64,000 nucleotides of DNA, taken from a virus (Duplodnaviria; Caudoviricetes). Position 1 is the stretch's first letter. Each line of letters starts with the position of its first letter. The stretch is from IMG/VR virus record IMGVR_UViG_3300032132_000748; one strand, written 5' to 3'. The notes below the pieces were generated by a model, which saw only the letters and a list, made by a program, of their open reading frames with translations, searched no databases and was not told where the DNA came from. This document shows positions 1 through 9,756 of the stretch, piece after piece. Both the position numbers and the translations under genes were made by a program.

Positions 1-146
1 TAACTGTGTATGGCTCTTCTTCGTCATGCAATATATTGACTGGGAGCCCGCCTCCTCCTGTCAAGGAAACTCAATTTCGTAAATCCTTATAAATCAAGGA
101 GTTAGGAGTTTGAGCGCTCCAGCCTATATTACAATAATACCAAATA

Positions 147-770
147 TTAGGTAGCAAGTAAAACGCTTCGGCCCAAAACGGCAACATTTTTAAAGGAATC
201 CTCTATAACTTCCTTCAGGCTAAAAGATTCGTCGATTTCTGCTTGAGCAAAACTTAAATATAGGTAGGCCATAGGCAGTTGGTCAAAAACAATTTGAGAT
301 AAAAGTGCGTCCCAAGATATCAGAATTGACTCACCGCACCATTTGCACTTTGTTTGTGATGGCTTTTTGACTTTCGTAAATCTTAAGAAAATGTGGTAAA
401 GGGCATCTATAAAGTAGTGAAGTCCTGTTCCCAAATATTTCCAGGTAAAATTATCGCTTTTATAGTCATCAACATGATAAGCGGCTAGTATTTTGTGCCA
501 GGAATCAAACTTTTTGGCCCACGTTTTAAATGAAAGAAATGAGGGAGCCTCTACGTCCGGTAATGACTTAAGAAATTTAAGGGCTCTCCTTACGTCTCCC
601 CGTAATTTTTTAACTCTGGTTTTGGATAACCTTACACAAAAAACATCATAGTTAGTGCGTTTATCACTTATTTGATAGTCATCAAAAAAGTATGAAGCAT
701 ATGAGGAGAGCATATCCACGCTCACCCCATAGGACGCATCGAGAGGTAGAGGTGCGAGTCTAGTTTCCAT
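147..770 (-). CDS. hypothetical protein
   Basis: ORF track 147..839; start moved to METRLAP (770), which lies 6 nt downstream of a TGG-TATAAT box. Confidence 0.6.
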   Translation of the reverse strand: METRLAPLPLDASYGVSVDMLSSYASYFFDDYQISDKRTNYDVFCVRLSKTRVKKLRGDVRRALKFLKSLPDVEAPSFLSFKTWAKKFDSWHKILAAYHVDDYKSDNFTWKYLGTGLHYFIDALYHIFLRFTKVKKPSQTKCKWCGESILISWDALLSQIVFDQLPMAYLYLSFAQAEIDESFSLKEVIEDSFKNVAVLGRSVLLAT

Positions 771-828
771 CGGCAAATTATACCACACAGAACTTGTCTG
801 TCTAGGCTTGCTAGTATAAAATAGAAGC

Positions 829-1512
829 ATGGTCAGCAAGAAACTTTATCACGAGTATAAGAATGCGGGTAAGTGTGTCATGTGTGGTAACGAACGAGGC
901 GAAAGCACTTCCAGTGTTCGGTGTCAAATATGCCACGATAAATTCAATGAAAGCCGCCTAAAACGTCTCAACAAGAGACAAGAAGAGTCTTTATGCTTCC
1001 AATGTGGAAAAAATCAAAGTGTAGGGAATAGTAACTATTGTGTAGATTGTAGACAAAAAAATGCTGAACAAAAGAAAAATCTGTCTGGTAAAAAATTAGC
1101 TAATTACAAAGCCAACAATAACATTTGTAGATTATGCAATGGCCCTGTTGACGCATTCAGAGTAATATGTAGTGGTTGCCTTAAAAAGGCTACTTTTACT
1201 AAGTTCGATGCTATTAAACGCTATGGTAACAAATGCATATCCTGTGATAGCGAAGCCCTAGAATCTCTTTGCTTAGTGTCGTCCGATATTAGCCAACCCC
1301 TTAAAAATACTGGAAAATCTCTATACAAAATCATATGCTACAGCACAAAACCTCCCGGAATCTATAGAGTTTTGTGCTCTAAGTGCTACTGGAATGAAAA
1401 TCTTGGTTATATAAAAAATGCCTGCGATTTCTTTGAAATGCCTAAGCATTACTCAGAAAACGAAGATGAAGAAGATGACGACATAATTGATGTTGACTAC
1501 CATCCTGAATAG
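829..1512 (+). CDS. Cys-rich multi zinc-finger protein with acidic tail
   Basis: eight CxxC pairs; D/E-rich C-terminus. Confidence 0.65.
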   Translation: MVSKKLYHEYKNAGKCVMCGNERGESTSSVRCQICHDKFNESRLKRLNKRQEESLCFQCGKNQSVGNSNYCVDCRQKNAEQKKNLSGKKLANYKANNNICRLCNGPVDAFRVICSGCLKKATFTKFDAIKRYGNKCISCDSEALESLCLVSSDISQPLKNTGKSLYKIICYSTKPPGIYRVLCSKCYWNENLGYIKNACDFFEMPKHYSENEDEEDDDIIDVDYHPE

Positions 1513-1529
1513 TTTGATATACTTATACT

Positions 1530-2234
1530 ATGGCTGATGCTGAAAAACCCTTATGGTTTCGACAATTACTCGGACTTAAACCCTATATCGATGAAGGAGA
1601 CTGGGCCTCACTTCAAGCGAAAGCTCCTGCGGTAATTAAGTCCTTGCACGCAGAAGCTCCTACGGTTAAAAAACCTATGGAAGTTATATTCATGGACATT
1701 CTACAGAATAAAGGTCCTAGCACGAGTGAACAAGTTAAAGCTCAGTATGTTAAGGCGTTAACTCGGGCCACCGTAGAGCTTAATACATCAACCTTTGATC
1801 GAATTGTAAAGGAAGAAGCTTTATCTGAACAACTTGATAGGATTTATAGTAACATCCATAAATCTTGGAGAAAAGTTTGGAATTATTGGAGGGGAGACGC
1901 AGCAGCAGATTATCTGAAATGGGCTGCTATTAAAGTTGAGATCGAAGACACACCCCTAACTCGTGTTGGAAGACTTCGGTTATTGGCCCGACACGCAGCT
2001 ATCGGGGACCGAATCTTGCCCTCCTTCATGGAGATGATAGTGCAACTTTGGCCTATTGCGGCACTTTGGTTACTCAAGAAGGGTGGCACGATGCTTGTAA
2101 CCCAAACCGTATCTAAATCCTTAGAAGCGAGAAAAACCAAAAAGAAATTACAGGATTTGAGTTCTAAGCTAAAAAGTAGTAAATTAAGTGTTAAGGGAGC
2201 TTCACTACTAAGAAAAAAATCAGATGGAAGCTAA
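1530..2234 (+). CDS. hypothetical protein
   Basis: 234-aa ORF directly after a TATACT box. Confidence 0.6.
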   Translation: MADAEKPLWFRQLLGLKPYIDEGDWASLQAKAPAVIKSLHAEAPTVKKPMEVIFMDILQNKGPSTSEQVKAQYVKALTRATVELNTSTFDRIVKEEALSEQLDRIYSNIHKSWRKVWNYWRGDAAADYLKWAAIKVEIEDTPLTRVGRLRLLARHAAIGDRILPSFMEMIVQLWPIAALWLLKKGGTMLVTQTVSKSLEARKTKKKLQDLSSKLKSSKLSVKGASLLRKKSDGS

Positions 2235-2865
2235 ATCATACTCAAATCTAAATAATCTCTTTAATCCTTCACCAGGTTTTGCGACAACAATTTTTGTTTC
2301 CTGGGAAGAGCTATCGCACGTTTTCGAAATTGATGAACGATGGGATTTAGTTAAAGAGGGGGATACAACCCCCATCGACGTAATTAATATGGCGTTCCAA
2401 GAGGCCCAAGTCTGGGCTGACAAGTATAAAGAGTCTGCAGGTAGTAATCCGAGTGATGAAGATCTTACGGAGACGGAAAATGATATAGCAAAGGCTATTA
2501 TGGACCACTGGTCTCATCGAGCAGTTTTATCCGCAAATATTGATTTTCAGTCTATGGTAGATGGTATTAATTTGTGGTGTAAAGCCGGACCAAAAAATAA
2601 AAACCTTTTCATTAACCCCCCTACACCTCAAACAGGTTTAAATTTTATTCTCAATGATTTAGGGGTAAGTTTTACTATTTATCCATCTTTTATAGTTCCC
2701 TATACTGAACTTTATTATAATAACTACGAAAATCTACCCGAATGGAACTTAGAAGATTTAGATGGGACGGACATAGCAGAGACTCTCTTTCTGTATTGCT
2801 ATTCTATAAACAAACCTATTACTCTTGAATTGACGCAATGGGACGCCAATAGAGAAAAACTTTAG
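2224..2865 (+). CDS. hypothetical protein
   Basis: 213-aa acidic ORF overlapping the upstream stop. Confidence 0.6.
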   Translation: MEAKSYSNLNNLFNPSPGFATTIFVSWEELSHVFEIDERWDLVKEGDTTPIDVINMAFQEAQVWADKYKESAGSNPSDEDLTETENDIAKAIMDHWSHRAVLSANIDFQSMVDGINLWCKAGPKNKNLFINPPTPQTGLNFILNDLGVSFTIYPSFIVPYTELYYNNYENLPEWNLEDLDGTDIAETLFLYCYSINKPITLELTQWDANREKL

Positions 2866-3032
2866 AATTTAATATGGATATCCCAGAGCTTGATAAGTGG
2901 AATAAAGAAAGGGATCCAATAGAATATATTGCTAAGAGACTTAAAGCTGTCAGAGAAACACTAATCTATGACGATTGGGCCTTAAATAAGCTTATTATTG
3001 ACTCTTATCCAGAATAACGTAAGCTCATTACT

Positions 3033-3569
3033 ATGGCGACTCCGAACTGGACTGATAAAACTTGCAACGAAACTATATGGCTTACCCCTAAAGGGGTTCT
3101 AGACTCTGTCAGGGGGTATTTCAAAGAGGATATACCTCTTGATCCTGCTACACAGCCCTCCAACCCCACAAAGGCAAAGCTCTTTTTTACAGAAAAAGAC
3201 AATGGGCTTCAGCAGTCTTGGGACGTTGGGGTATTTGTTAATCCTCCCTATGGTAAGGGTATAAAAGATTGGTGTAAAAAAATCCACGAAGAGGCTAAGA
3301 GAAAGCCTAAACGTCCCATACTGGCTTTGTTGCCTTGCGGCAGCGGTAGACCAGGTACGATTTATTGGCAAGATCATATCTTACAGGATCACCTTGATAT
3401 GATTTGCTACGTTAGGGGTCGTCTAAAATTTCTTCGCGCTGATGGTACCGTAGCCGGTAACAATACATACCCATCCCACATTCTTGGATTTAACGTCAAA
3501 AACCCCAAACACTTCATTAAATCATTTACTGGTCTCGGGAAAATAATGCAACTCAAAATTGTTAACTAG
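3033..3569 (+). CDS. phage-type DNA N6-adenine methyltransferase
   Basis: W-x-TP, LDPAT, DNGL..SW, VFVNPPY and RGRLKF motifs of the phage Dam family. Confidence 0.85.
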   Translation: MATPNWTDKTCNETIWLTPKGVLDSVRGYFKEDIPLDPATQPSNPTKAKLFFTEKDNGLQQSWDVGVFVNPPYGKGIKDWCKKIHEEAKRKPKRPILALLPCGSGRPGTIYWQDHILQDHLDMICYVRGRLKFLRADGTVAGNNTYPSHILGFNVKNPKHFIKSFTGLGKIMQLKIVN

Positions 3570-3623
3570 TCCTTGAATCTACGGGTTTTTGAAGTATGAT
3601 AATTGAAATAGAGAGAGATCTAA

Positions 3624-3905
3624 ATGACCAAACCAAATGTACGTATTATCGTCGGCAAAGACGATTCGATAGAAAAAACAATTAGAAAATTCAAAAAGCT
3701 CTGCGAAAAGCAAGGTATCCGAAAAGAATGCAGATCCCGACGCTATTTCGAAAAGCCTAGCGAAGTTCGTCGTAAGAACGAAAGAAAAGCTGCTCGTAAT
3801 CGTCGGAAAAATGCTATGGAAGGTAATGATAATAAAAAATTCAAACGAGCGAACCAGAGAAATTGGATATTTACGCACCCCAAACTAACTATTCCTAACT
3901 CATAA
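3624..3905 (+). CDS. rpsU: 30S ribosomal protein S21
   Basis: SIEKTIRKFKK...GIRKECRSRRYFEKPSEVRRK bS21 signature. Confidence 0.92.
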   Translation: MTKPNVRIIVGKDDSIEKTIRKFKKLCEKQGIRKECRSRRYFEKPSEVRRKNERKAARNRRKNAMEGNDNKKFKRANQRNWIFTHPKLTIPNS

Positions 3906-4138
3906 TGTATATACCCACTAAACTTCTTACCGAACGATATTATGTTGCTGTGCGTAAGACTAAAGCTTTTGCTAGTTGGGGTACGTTAGAAGAATCGATC
4001 GAATGTATTGAAAGATTCAAGGAGCTATCTCCTTACGAATTCAATACTATTAAAGGGGTGATTCGCGTTACTCCTGCGGGTCGAGAATGGGTTGAATCAG
4101 AAGATATTACACGGGTATTATCTCCTATCTCAAGTTGA
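3905..4138 (+). CDS. hypothetical protein
   Basis: 77-aa ORF, TAATG-coupled to rpsU. Confidence 0.5.
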   Translation: MYIPTKLLTERYYVAVRKTKAFASWGTLEESIECIERFKELSPYEFNTIKGVIRVTPAGREWVESEDITRVLSPISS

Positions 4139-4150
4139 TATACTTTCATT

Positions 4151-4900
4151 ATGGATAAAAATAAAGCCGTAGAAAAAATTAAAAAGCTTCTTGAGCTAGC
4201 TGATACTAAAAGAAATACAAATTTAGAAGAAGCGGCGGTTGCTGCGGCCAAAGCCCAGTCTTTGATGGAAAAATATCGTATAGAGAAAGCTCTCTTAGAT
4301 AAAGATTCGTCTTCTAAAGTTAATTGGAAAAAGCTAGCCGACAAAGGCCGACCAGAAAACTGGAAAAACTTCCTAGCAGGTAGTCTCGCTAGACATAACG
4401 GATGCTTTGTTGTTAGAAGTCAAAATTATGAATCGGATGGGCAAATACAAATCGTGGGTGAATCTCAAGATATTGATATGCTTCAGAATATCTATTCTTA
4501 TATTGTGTTTGAATTAAATAAACTCTGTATTAAAGAGTTACTTGTCTATAAAACTAAATTTGGTTTCTATCCTGGAAAGAATTACTCCAAAAGTTTTTAT
4601 TTAGGCGGCATTTCTGTAATAGATGAAAGATTACAGCAAGCCAAAGAGGCTGCGAGAGCAGAGGAACTTAAGAAAGCAGATAGCGTAAAAGATAAAATTA
4701 ATATCGAAAATGCACTTTCTATCATAGACAATAAATCAGATAAAGCTAAGGAATGGGTTCAATCAAACTTTAATGTAGAAATTAAAGGTGTTACTCCCAG
4801 CAACCCAGACCCCAACGGGTATGTTGCAGGAAAACAAGCTGCTGAGAATCTCAATCTTAGCTCAGCACCACAACTAAAGGATGAAAATGGAAGAAAGTAA
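4151..4900 (+). CDS. DUF2786-domain protein
   Basis: KIKKLLELA...EEAAVAAAKAQSLMEKY N-terminus; SFYLG and GYVAGKQAA motifs. Confidence 0.8.
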   Translation: MDKNKAVEKIKKLLELADTKRNTNLEEAAVAAAKAQSLMEKYRIEKALLDKDSSSKVNWKKLADKGRPENWKNFLAGSLARHNGCFVVRSQNYESDGQIQIVGESQDIDMLQNIYSYIVFELNKLCIKELLVYKTKFGFYPGKNYSKSFYLGGISVIDERLQQAKEAARAEELKKADSVKDKINIENALSIIDNKSDKAKEWVQSNFNVEIKGVTPSNPDPNGYVAGKQAAENLNLSSAPQLKDENGRK

Positions 4901-5120
4901 AACAGCGTGGCCTAGCTACTATATACAAAAATTTATTACTGATAATGTAGGCGGCTTAGAGGCAGTTACCAGCATAAAAGCTATTAGCGAGAGTGAAGTA
5001 CGTCTCTCCATATCAGACGAAAAAATTCGCGGGGGAGTTCTCGATCTACTAGGAGAATCAATTCGCGGAGTTAAAATTACTTATATCCTCGATAAGAACA
5101 CCCCAATTACAGAAAAGTAG
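4881..5120 (+). CDS. hypothetical protein
   Basis: 79-aa ORF overlapping the upstream gene. Confidence 0.5.
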   Translation: MKMEESKTAWPSYYIQKFITDNVGGLEAVTSIKAISESEVRLSISDEKIRGGVLDLLGESIRGVKITYILDKNTPITEK

Positions 5121-5148
5121 CGCCCTAATTTCTTAGGACGCTACTTTA
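5113..5148. terminator. bidirectional hairpin terminator
   Basis: AAAGTAGCG-CCCTAA...TTAGG-A-CGCTACTTT between convergent genes. Confidence 0.6.
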
Positions 5149-5169
5149 ACTGCTCAAGCGGGGAATATT

Positions 5170-6177
5170 TTACTTGCGGCGTCTGGCCTTGCGTGACTTG
5201 CGTGATCTACGCTTCATCATTTTCTTCTTACGCATCATCTTCTTACGAGATTTGCGGGCCTTGCGGGCTTTACGCGCCTTGCGTGACCGACGACGAGAAG
5301 CGACTGCGACAGCTTCGATCTTTGCTCTTTGCTTAGCAAGCTCTGCTCTACGGGCGACAGCTTTGTCTTTGCATTTCTGCTCTGTAGCATTAATCTTAGC
5401 TAACTCTTTCTCTAACTTAGCTAGCTTGTTAGTTTTACGAGTTGCCCGAGCCTTAGCATTTCTTGCTGCTTGCTTGACTCTCTTTGCCTCTGCATTTATC
5501 TTACGAGTAACTGCGGCTTTCTGAGCGCGAGCTTGTGCAGCGGCCTTTTTCTCAGCGGCTTTGGTAGCTAGTCCACGATTTCTGTTATAGATTTTAAGAG
5601 CTTCATCAACTCCGGCAACCAATATGGCCTCTTGTAGGCGAGGAATTCTCTGTTTGCTTCTGTATTGAGAAGCAACATTGAACTGCTTAGCCAATAATGT
5701 TGTAGGGTCGTCTGCGACGTGATGGCGGAATACTCGCGCCAAGTATTTTTTGGCTTGAGCTTTAGACCATCTCTTGAAGTTACCCTTACGGGAGTGATCT
5801 TTAGCTTTTGACTTCATTGAAGGTTTCGACGGACGAGCACCAGGAGACATTTGCTTCCAACCTTCGATTTTTTTCTTCTTGGCGTCCTTGAATGCTTGGT
5901 TCTGAACTTTCCACTCGTCAAGCTTAGCTTCGTAAGCTTCTAGGCGGCGGTTGTAATCGTTCCAGACGTTATTAGCTTCGCGCCAACGTACTCGTTCGAT
6001 TTCCTGCTCTTTCTTATTTTCAAGAACAATATCGCCTGCAGCAACAATGCCTGCCTTTTCTTTACGGGCCAGGTAAGCTTTAGCGACACCAGGGGTTGGT
6101 CGGACAGCGTTGCCGCCGCCTTTGCGCTTCATCTTTCTGCTTTTGCTTTTTTTAGCTTTTTTCTTCTTCTTTGCCAT
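5170..6177 (-). CDS. highly basic K/R/A-rich, histone H1-like protein
   Basis: K/R-rich termini, KARKARK repeats; TATAAT and GGGGAG RBS upstream. Confidence 0.7.
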   Translation of the reverse strand: MAKKKKKAKKSKSRKMKRKGGGNAVRPTPGVAKAYLARKEKAGIVAAGDIVLENKKEQEIERVRWREANNVWNDYNRRLEAYEAKLDEWKVQNQAFKDAKKKKIEGWKQMSPGARPSKPSMKSKAKDHSRKGNFKRWSKAQAKKYLARVFRHHVADDPTTLLAKQFNVASQYRSKQRIPRLQEAILVAGVDEALKIYNRNRGLATKAAEKKAAAQARAQKAAVTRKINAEAKRVKQAARNAKARATRKTNKLAKLEKELAKINATEQKCKDKAVARRAELAKQRAKIEAVAVASRRRSRKARKARKARKSRKKMMRKKKMMKRRSRKSRKARRRK

Positions 6178-6234
6178 GTTTATTTCTCCCCTAAGAGTTT
6201 AATTAATTATACATCATTTAATCGATGTTTTTAG

Positions 6235-7020
6235 CTATTTTTTCTTATTTTTGCGCTTTTTAAGCTTTTTACTTTTCTTTTTAAGTCTCTGACCTTCTCC
6301 ATTCTTTATATCTTCCATAAATTTAGTCAAATTTGCCGCATTACTTGACGCATATCTGCCCGCAGCTAATTTTCTTACTTTATAGATATAAGATGACTCA
6401 TAGCTTTCCCGCATAGCCGGAGTCACTGGATGTTTTCTACGTCTATTAGTTGTGATTCTCCAGGCTTTAATTCCTGTAATTAGATCTAGAACAATATCTC
6501 CCACTTGAGGTTCATTTCGAGTTCTAGTTCTTTTAAGAAATACTGCGCTTTTATTATAGTGCAGCTTAAATCTAATGACTTCGCCTTCTGGGCCTAAGCA
6601 TTCTTCATAGTGCGCGACGGTTGCATGTTCTTCTTCATCAGAAGTTCTAGTAAGGCGTGATCGAGAAGTTCCGTTACAAGCTTCTTTTCTTCTTTGTAGC
6701 ATGTTTAGACAATCTAGATTTAGATCTCGGGGGCGGGTAGTAGGTCCGCAGGTAGCATCGACGCTTGATTCTATGTCTGAGCAGTCAGTTGAGGTGTTTC
6801 CTTTTCTTCGATTTTTTCTTCGTCTATTTCTCTTATCTGCTCGTGCCACAACCTTTTGAGCTTCTTCAATTTCATCTATATGATCTTGCTGCTCTCTTCT
6901 GCCCATGCAAGAAGCCTTAATGAGAAATTTACGTGCATCTGATACGCTAAAAGTCAGCTTTGACCTTCCGGCAGCGTCACTGACGGTAGGATTTCTTCTG
7001 AAATGTCTGTAGCTTCCCAT
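6235..7020 (-). CDS. basic hypothetical protein
   Basis: 261-aa ORF with RRNP N-terminus and poly-K tail. Confidence 0.6.
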   Translation of the reverse strand: MGSYRHFRRNPTVSDAAGRSKLTFSVSDARKFLIKASCMGRREQQDHIDEIEEAQKVVARADKRNRRRKNRRKGNTSTDCSDIESSVDATCGPTTRPRDLNLDCLNMLQRRKEACNGTSRSRLTRTSDEEEHATVAHYEECLGPEGEVIRFKLHYNKSAVFLKRTRTRNEPQVGDIVLDLITGIKAWRITTNRRRKHPVTPAMRESYESSYIYKVRKLAAGRYASSNAANLTKFMEDIKNGEGQRLKKKSKKLKKRKNKKK

Positions 7021-7133
7021 ATTTACTCCGAGTATAGATTAAGTTTAGCAAACTATGGTTTAAAAAGAAACTTGAATATTGTCTTGAGGAGTTGCTATTT
7101 AAAATAGTTCTGCTACCATGTTAATATAAGCCT

Positions 7134-7475
7134 ATGAAATATTTACATGTAATTTTAGCAGTCTTCTTATGTTTTGGTAGTTCCGGATGTGCGTTACTTA
7201 CTGGCATACCTCCAGAGGCTAAGCAAAAAGCAGATGAAAATGCTAAACTCTCCGATGCCTTTGTTACGATGATGGATGCCGGAAGCACAACTCGCGAACA
7301 TGAGCAGCGTTTTATCCGTGCCAGCCGCAGAGCTTGGCATGCCATGAATTACGCTATAAACGATGAGCCTTTGCCTAGAGATATAGAGATTTGGTTCAGG
7401 AGACAACAACTAGGGATGCAAAATGATAACTCTGCTGCCACCCCAAGAACACCCGTAAGGAGGTCCAATAAATGA
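7134..7475 (+). CDS. putative lipoprotein
   Basis: MK + hydrophobic stretch + SSG|C lipobox. Confidence 0.65.
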   Translation: MKYLHVILAVFLCFGSSGCALLTGIPPEAKQKADENAKLSDAFVTMMDAGSTTREHEQRFIRASRRAWHAMNYAINDEPLPRDIEIWFRRQQLGMQNDNSAATPRTPVRRSNK

Positions 7476-7948
7476 GCAAAGTAGAAGATTTCTTAAGAAA
7501 ACAAGCTGAAGAACAGCTAGGTAACGCAGCTAAAGCTGTTGAAGATGGTGCTTGGTTTGACGATCTTGTCAGCAAAATGAACTCCGTTGTCGATAAAGGT
7601 GTTGCTGATCCTGATTCAAGCTTAAATCCTGCAGTGGCCACCGCCACAAAAGAAGCCATAGGGGCTCTTGAGGCTAACAAAGATAGCATCGTTGGCTTAG
7701 GTGGTGAAGCTTTCACTTTGATGATGTCACAGCTTGCTTCAGGTAATGATAAAGAAGCTGCGAATACGTATATCCAATCCCTTGGATCTGCTGATCTTAT
7801 TATTGAAGCAATGGATCGAGGCACCTACGGTCTTATTGAAGCTAAGAAGCAAATAGATGATTGGTGGGATAATGCATGGAAAGTTATTAAAGACGTTGCT
7901 ATAAAAGGAGCACAATATTTGCTGCCACTTTTGCTAGCATTGGTGTAG
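7472..7948 (+). CDS. hypothetical protein with hydrophobic C-terminus
   Basis: 158 aa, ends YLLPLLLALV. Confidence 0.6.
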   Translation: MSKVEDFLRKQAEEQLGNAAKAVEDGAWFDDLVSKMNSVVDKGVADPDSSLNPAVATATKEAIGALEANKDSIVGLGGEAFTLMMSQLASGNDKEAANTYIQSLGSADLIIEAMDRGTYGLIEAKKQIDDWWDNAWKVIKDVAIKGAQYLLPLLLALV

Positions 7949-8223
7949 TGAAACTTTCCGCAAAAGATGTTGCATCTCTAGCATTAAAACGAGCGCCTAC
8001 ACGAAAATGGTGTTATTTATGGGTCCAACCGGTAAATAACACCAGAAACTTCCAAGCTTTTTCTTTAATTCCCCCTTTTTCTCAAAAGGAATGGGTATGT
8101 GTCGGTAAGATACAAGGAATTAAAGCGGCTAAGAATACTAATATTGAATATTTAGCAGATCGTATTATCTGGACGCTAGAAATGCATAAAAGCTTTAATT
8201 ATGCAGAACCTAACCCTTCTTAA
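7948..8223 (+). CDS. hypothetical protein
   Basis: 91-aa ORF coupled to the upstream stop. Confidence 0.5.
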   Translation: MKLSAKDVASLALKRAPTRKWCYLWVQPVNNTRNFQAFSLIPPFSQKEWVCVGKIQGIKAAKNTNIEYLADRIIWTLEMHKSFNYAEPNPS

Positions 8224-8671
8224 ATTTAGGAACTTTAACTTTCTTAAATTTAGGGACTTTAACCTTAGGGCTTAGGGCCACCTTAGGATGACTGAGTTTT
8301 GGCTCTTTACTTTGTCCATTACCCAGTATTAATGCGGTTCCAAGCATAGCGGCAGCACCTGCTGCCAGCTTTTTAGCCATCTCAGCCGACTTTTCAAAAG
8401 CCTTATCCACAGCCTCTGCTCCTACGTTTAAACTCAGATTTACTACTAGGCTACTGTTTGATACCATGAAATTTTTTCCTTGAAGGATGTCATCAGGGCT
8501 TAGAATTGGTATTGGAAGAGTGGTTTCATCCTCGTCTTCAATAATCGGGGTTACAACTCTTGTGCTAGGTTCAGCTAATCTATTTTTGGGGGTAACCTTT
8601 ACAGGCAGGGTTTGGTTCTGCTGTATTTCGACCAGTTTCTCAAGTGGAGATTTCTTTTTTGCCCGGCTCAT
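8210..8671 (-). CDS. hypothetical membrane-associated protein
   Basis: hydrophobic AAGAAAMLGTALILG and KVKVPKFK repeat. Confidence 0.55.
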   Translation of the reverse strand: MSRAKKKSPLEKLVEIQQNQTLPVKVTPKNRLAEPSTRVVTPIIEDEDETTLPIPILSPDDILQGKNFMVSNSSLVVNLSLNVGAEAVDKAFEKSAEMAKKLAAGAAAMLGTALILGNGQSKEPKLSHPKVALSPKVKVPKFKKVKVPKFKKG

Positions 8672-8715
8672 ATCAGTATTTTAACCTATTAAGGGGCAGC
8701 TTCAACTTAAAAACG

Positions 8716-9666
8716 TTAGCCTTTACTCCGAAACAAGTAAAGAACTAGACCTATCCCCGCTAACACGAGTAAGGGATTCCACTTAGACTCGGTATCACCG
8801 TAGCCGCTTAATTCTTTTGCTTCGCTCTTAACGATTGCCGCTTTTCTTCGCAACTCTTTAATGGCAGCCTCTAGTTCGCTCTTAGTAGCTGTTCCCATCT
8901 TAACGTCCGCTGCAATCTGCTTTACTAACTCAGTTTGTTTTATGAGTTCATCGGATGTATAATTTACCTCTTTTACAACTTCTGTAGCTGCCCCGAATCC
9001 AGCTAAAGGCTTTGCGACAACTTTTGGCTGTGCATGGTATCCAGTGCCGCCGCCCATTATTTTTTCAGCTTCAGTTGAATATCCGGCGCTTTTTGGTTTT
9101 ATTTGTTGGGTGTCTCGACCATAAGCTGCTTGCTTTGCATGTGTTGCCTGCACTTTTGCTATCCTGGCGTTTTCTGCAGATCTCTTAGCTTCTATTTGTT
9201 GGCGTAATCTGGCTAATCTACCTTGTATTTCTTGAGTTTCAGAACTTACTATTGGGCCAGACTCATCATCCTCAAGAGGGGCATTGTCTTGTGCGCCCCC
9301 ACAAGCTACGTTTTGGAGTCGCTGTTTTAGTCGTTCCTTTTTTTCTTGTGCTACCGATACTCGGGTCTGATCCTTTTCTGCCGTATATAAATCTATTCTA
9401 ATTTGTTGGTAGTTAATTCCATGTTGAATAACTTTAGCCCACTTTTTTCCGCATTTAGGGGCATTTAAAAAAGGCTCTTTCATGCGCCTGAGTTTTTCTT
9501 TTGCTCTGTTTTTTTGTACCCTCAATGATCTAATATCTCCTGGCGCTGTCTTTGAAGCTACCGAACCATCATCTACCCCTATAGCCTCCGGTGGTATTGA
9601 ACCATCTGCTGGGGGTGGTGGTGATACAAAACCTTTTCCGAACCCTCCTAAATAACTATAAGACAT
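8716..9666 (-). CDS. tail-anchored coiled-coil protein (YLGG motif)
   Basis: MSYSYLGGFG start; C-terminal TM plus basic end; TATAAT and AAGGAG upstream. Confidence 0.65.
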   Translation of the reverse strand: MSYSYLGGFGKGFVSPPPPADGSIPPEAIGVDDGSVASKTAPGDIRSLRVQKNRAKEKLRRMKEPFLNAPKCGKKWAKVIQHGINYQQIRIDLYTAEKDQTRVSVAQEKKERLKQRLQNVACGGAQDNAPLEDDESGPIVSSETQEIQGRLARLRQQIEAKRSAENARIAKVQATHAKQAAYGRDTQQIKPKSAGYSTEAEKIMGGGTGYHAQPKVVAKPLAGFGAATEVVKEVNYTSDELIKQTELVKQIAADVKMGTATKSELEAAIKELRRKAAIVKSEAKELSGYGDTESKWNPLLVLAGIGLVLYLFRSKG

Positions 9667-9693
9667 GAATATACTCCTTTATGTATTATACAA

Positions 9694-9733
9694 AAATAAA
9701 ACAGAGGAGCCAATTAAGTCTCCTCTGTTTTAT
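9694..9733. terminator. hairpin terminator after protamine-like gene
   Basis: ATAAAACAGAGGAG...CTCCTCTGTTTTAT inverted repeat. Confidence 0.65.
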
Positions 9734-9756
9734 GTTTTTCAGTCAGCTAATTAAAA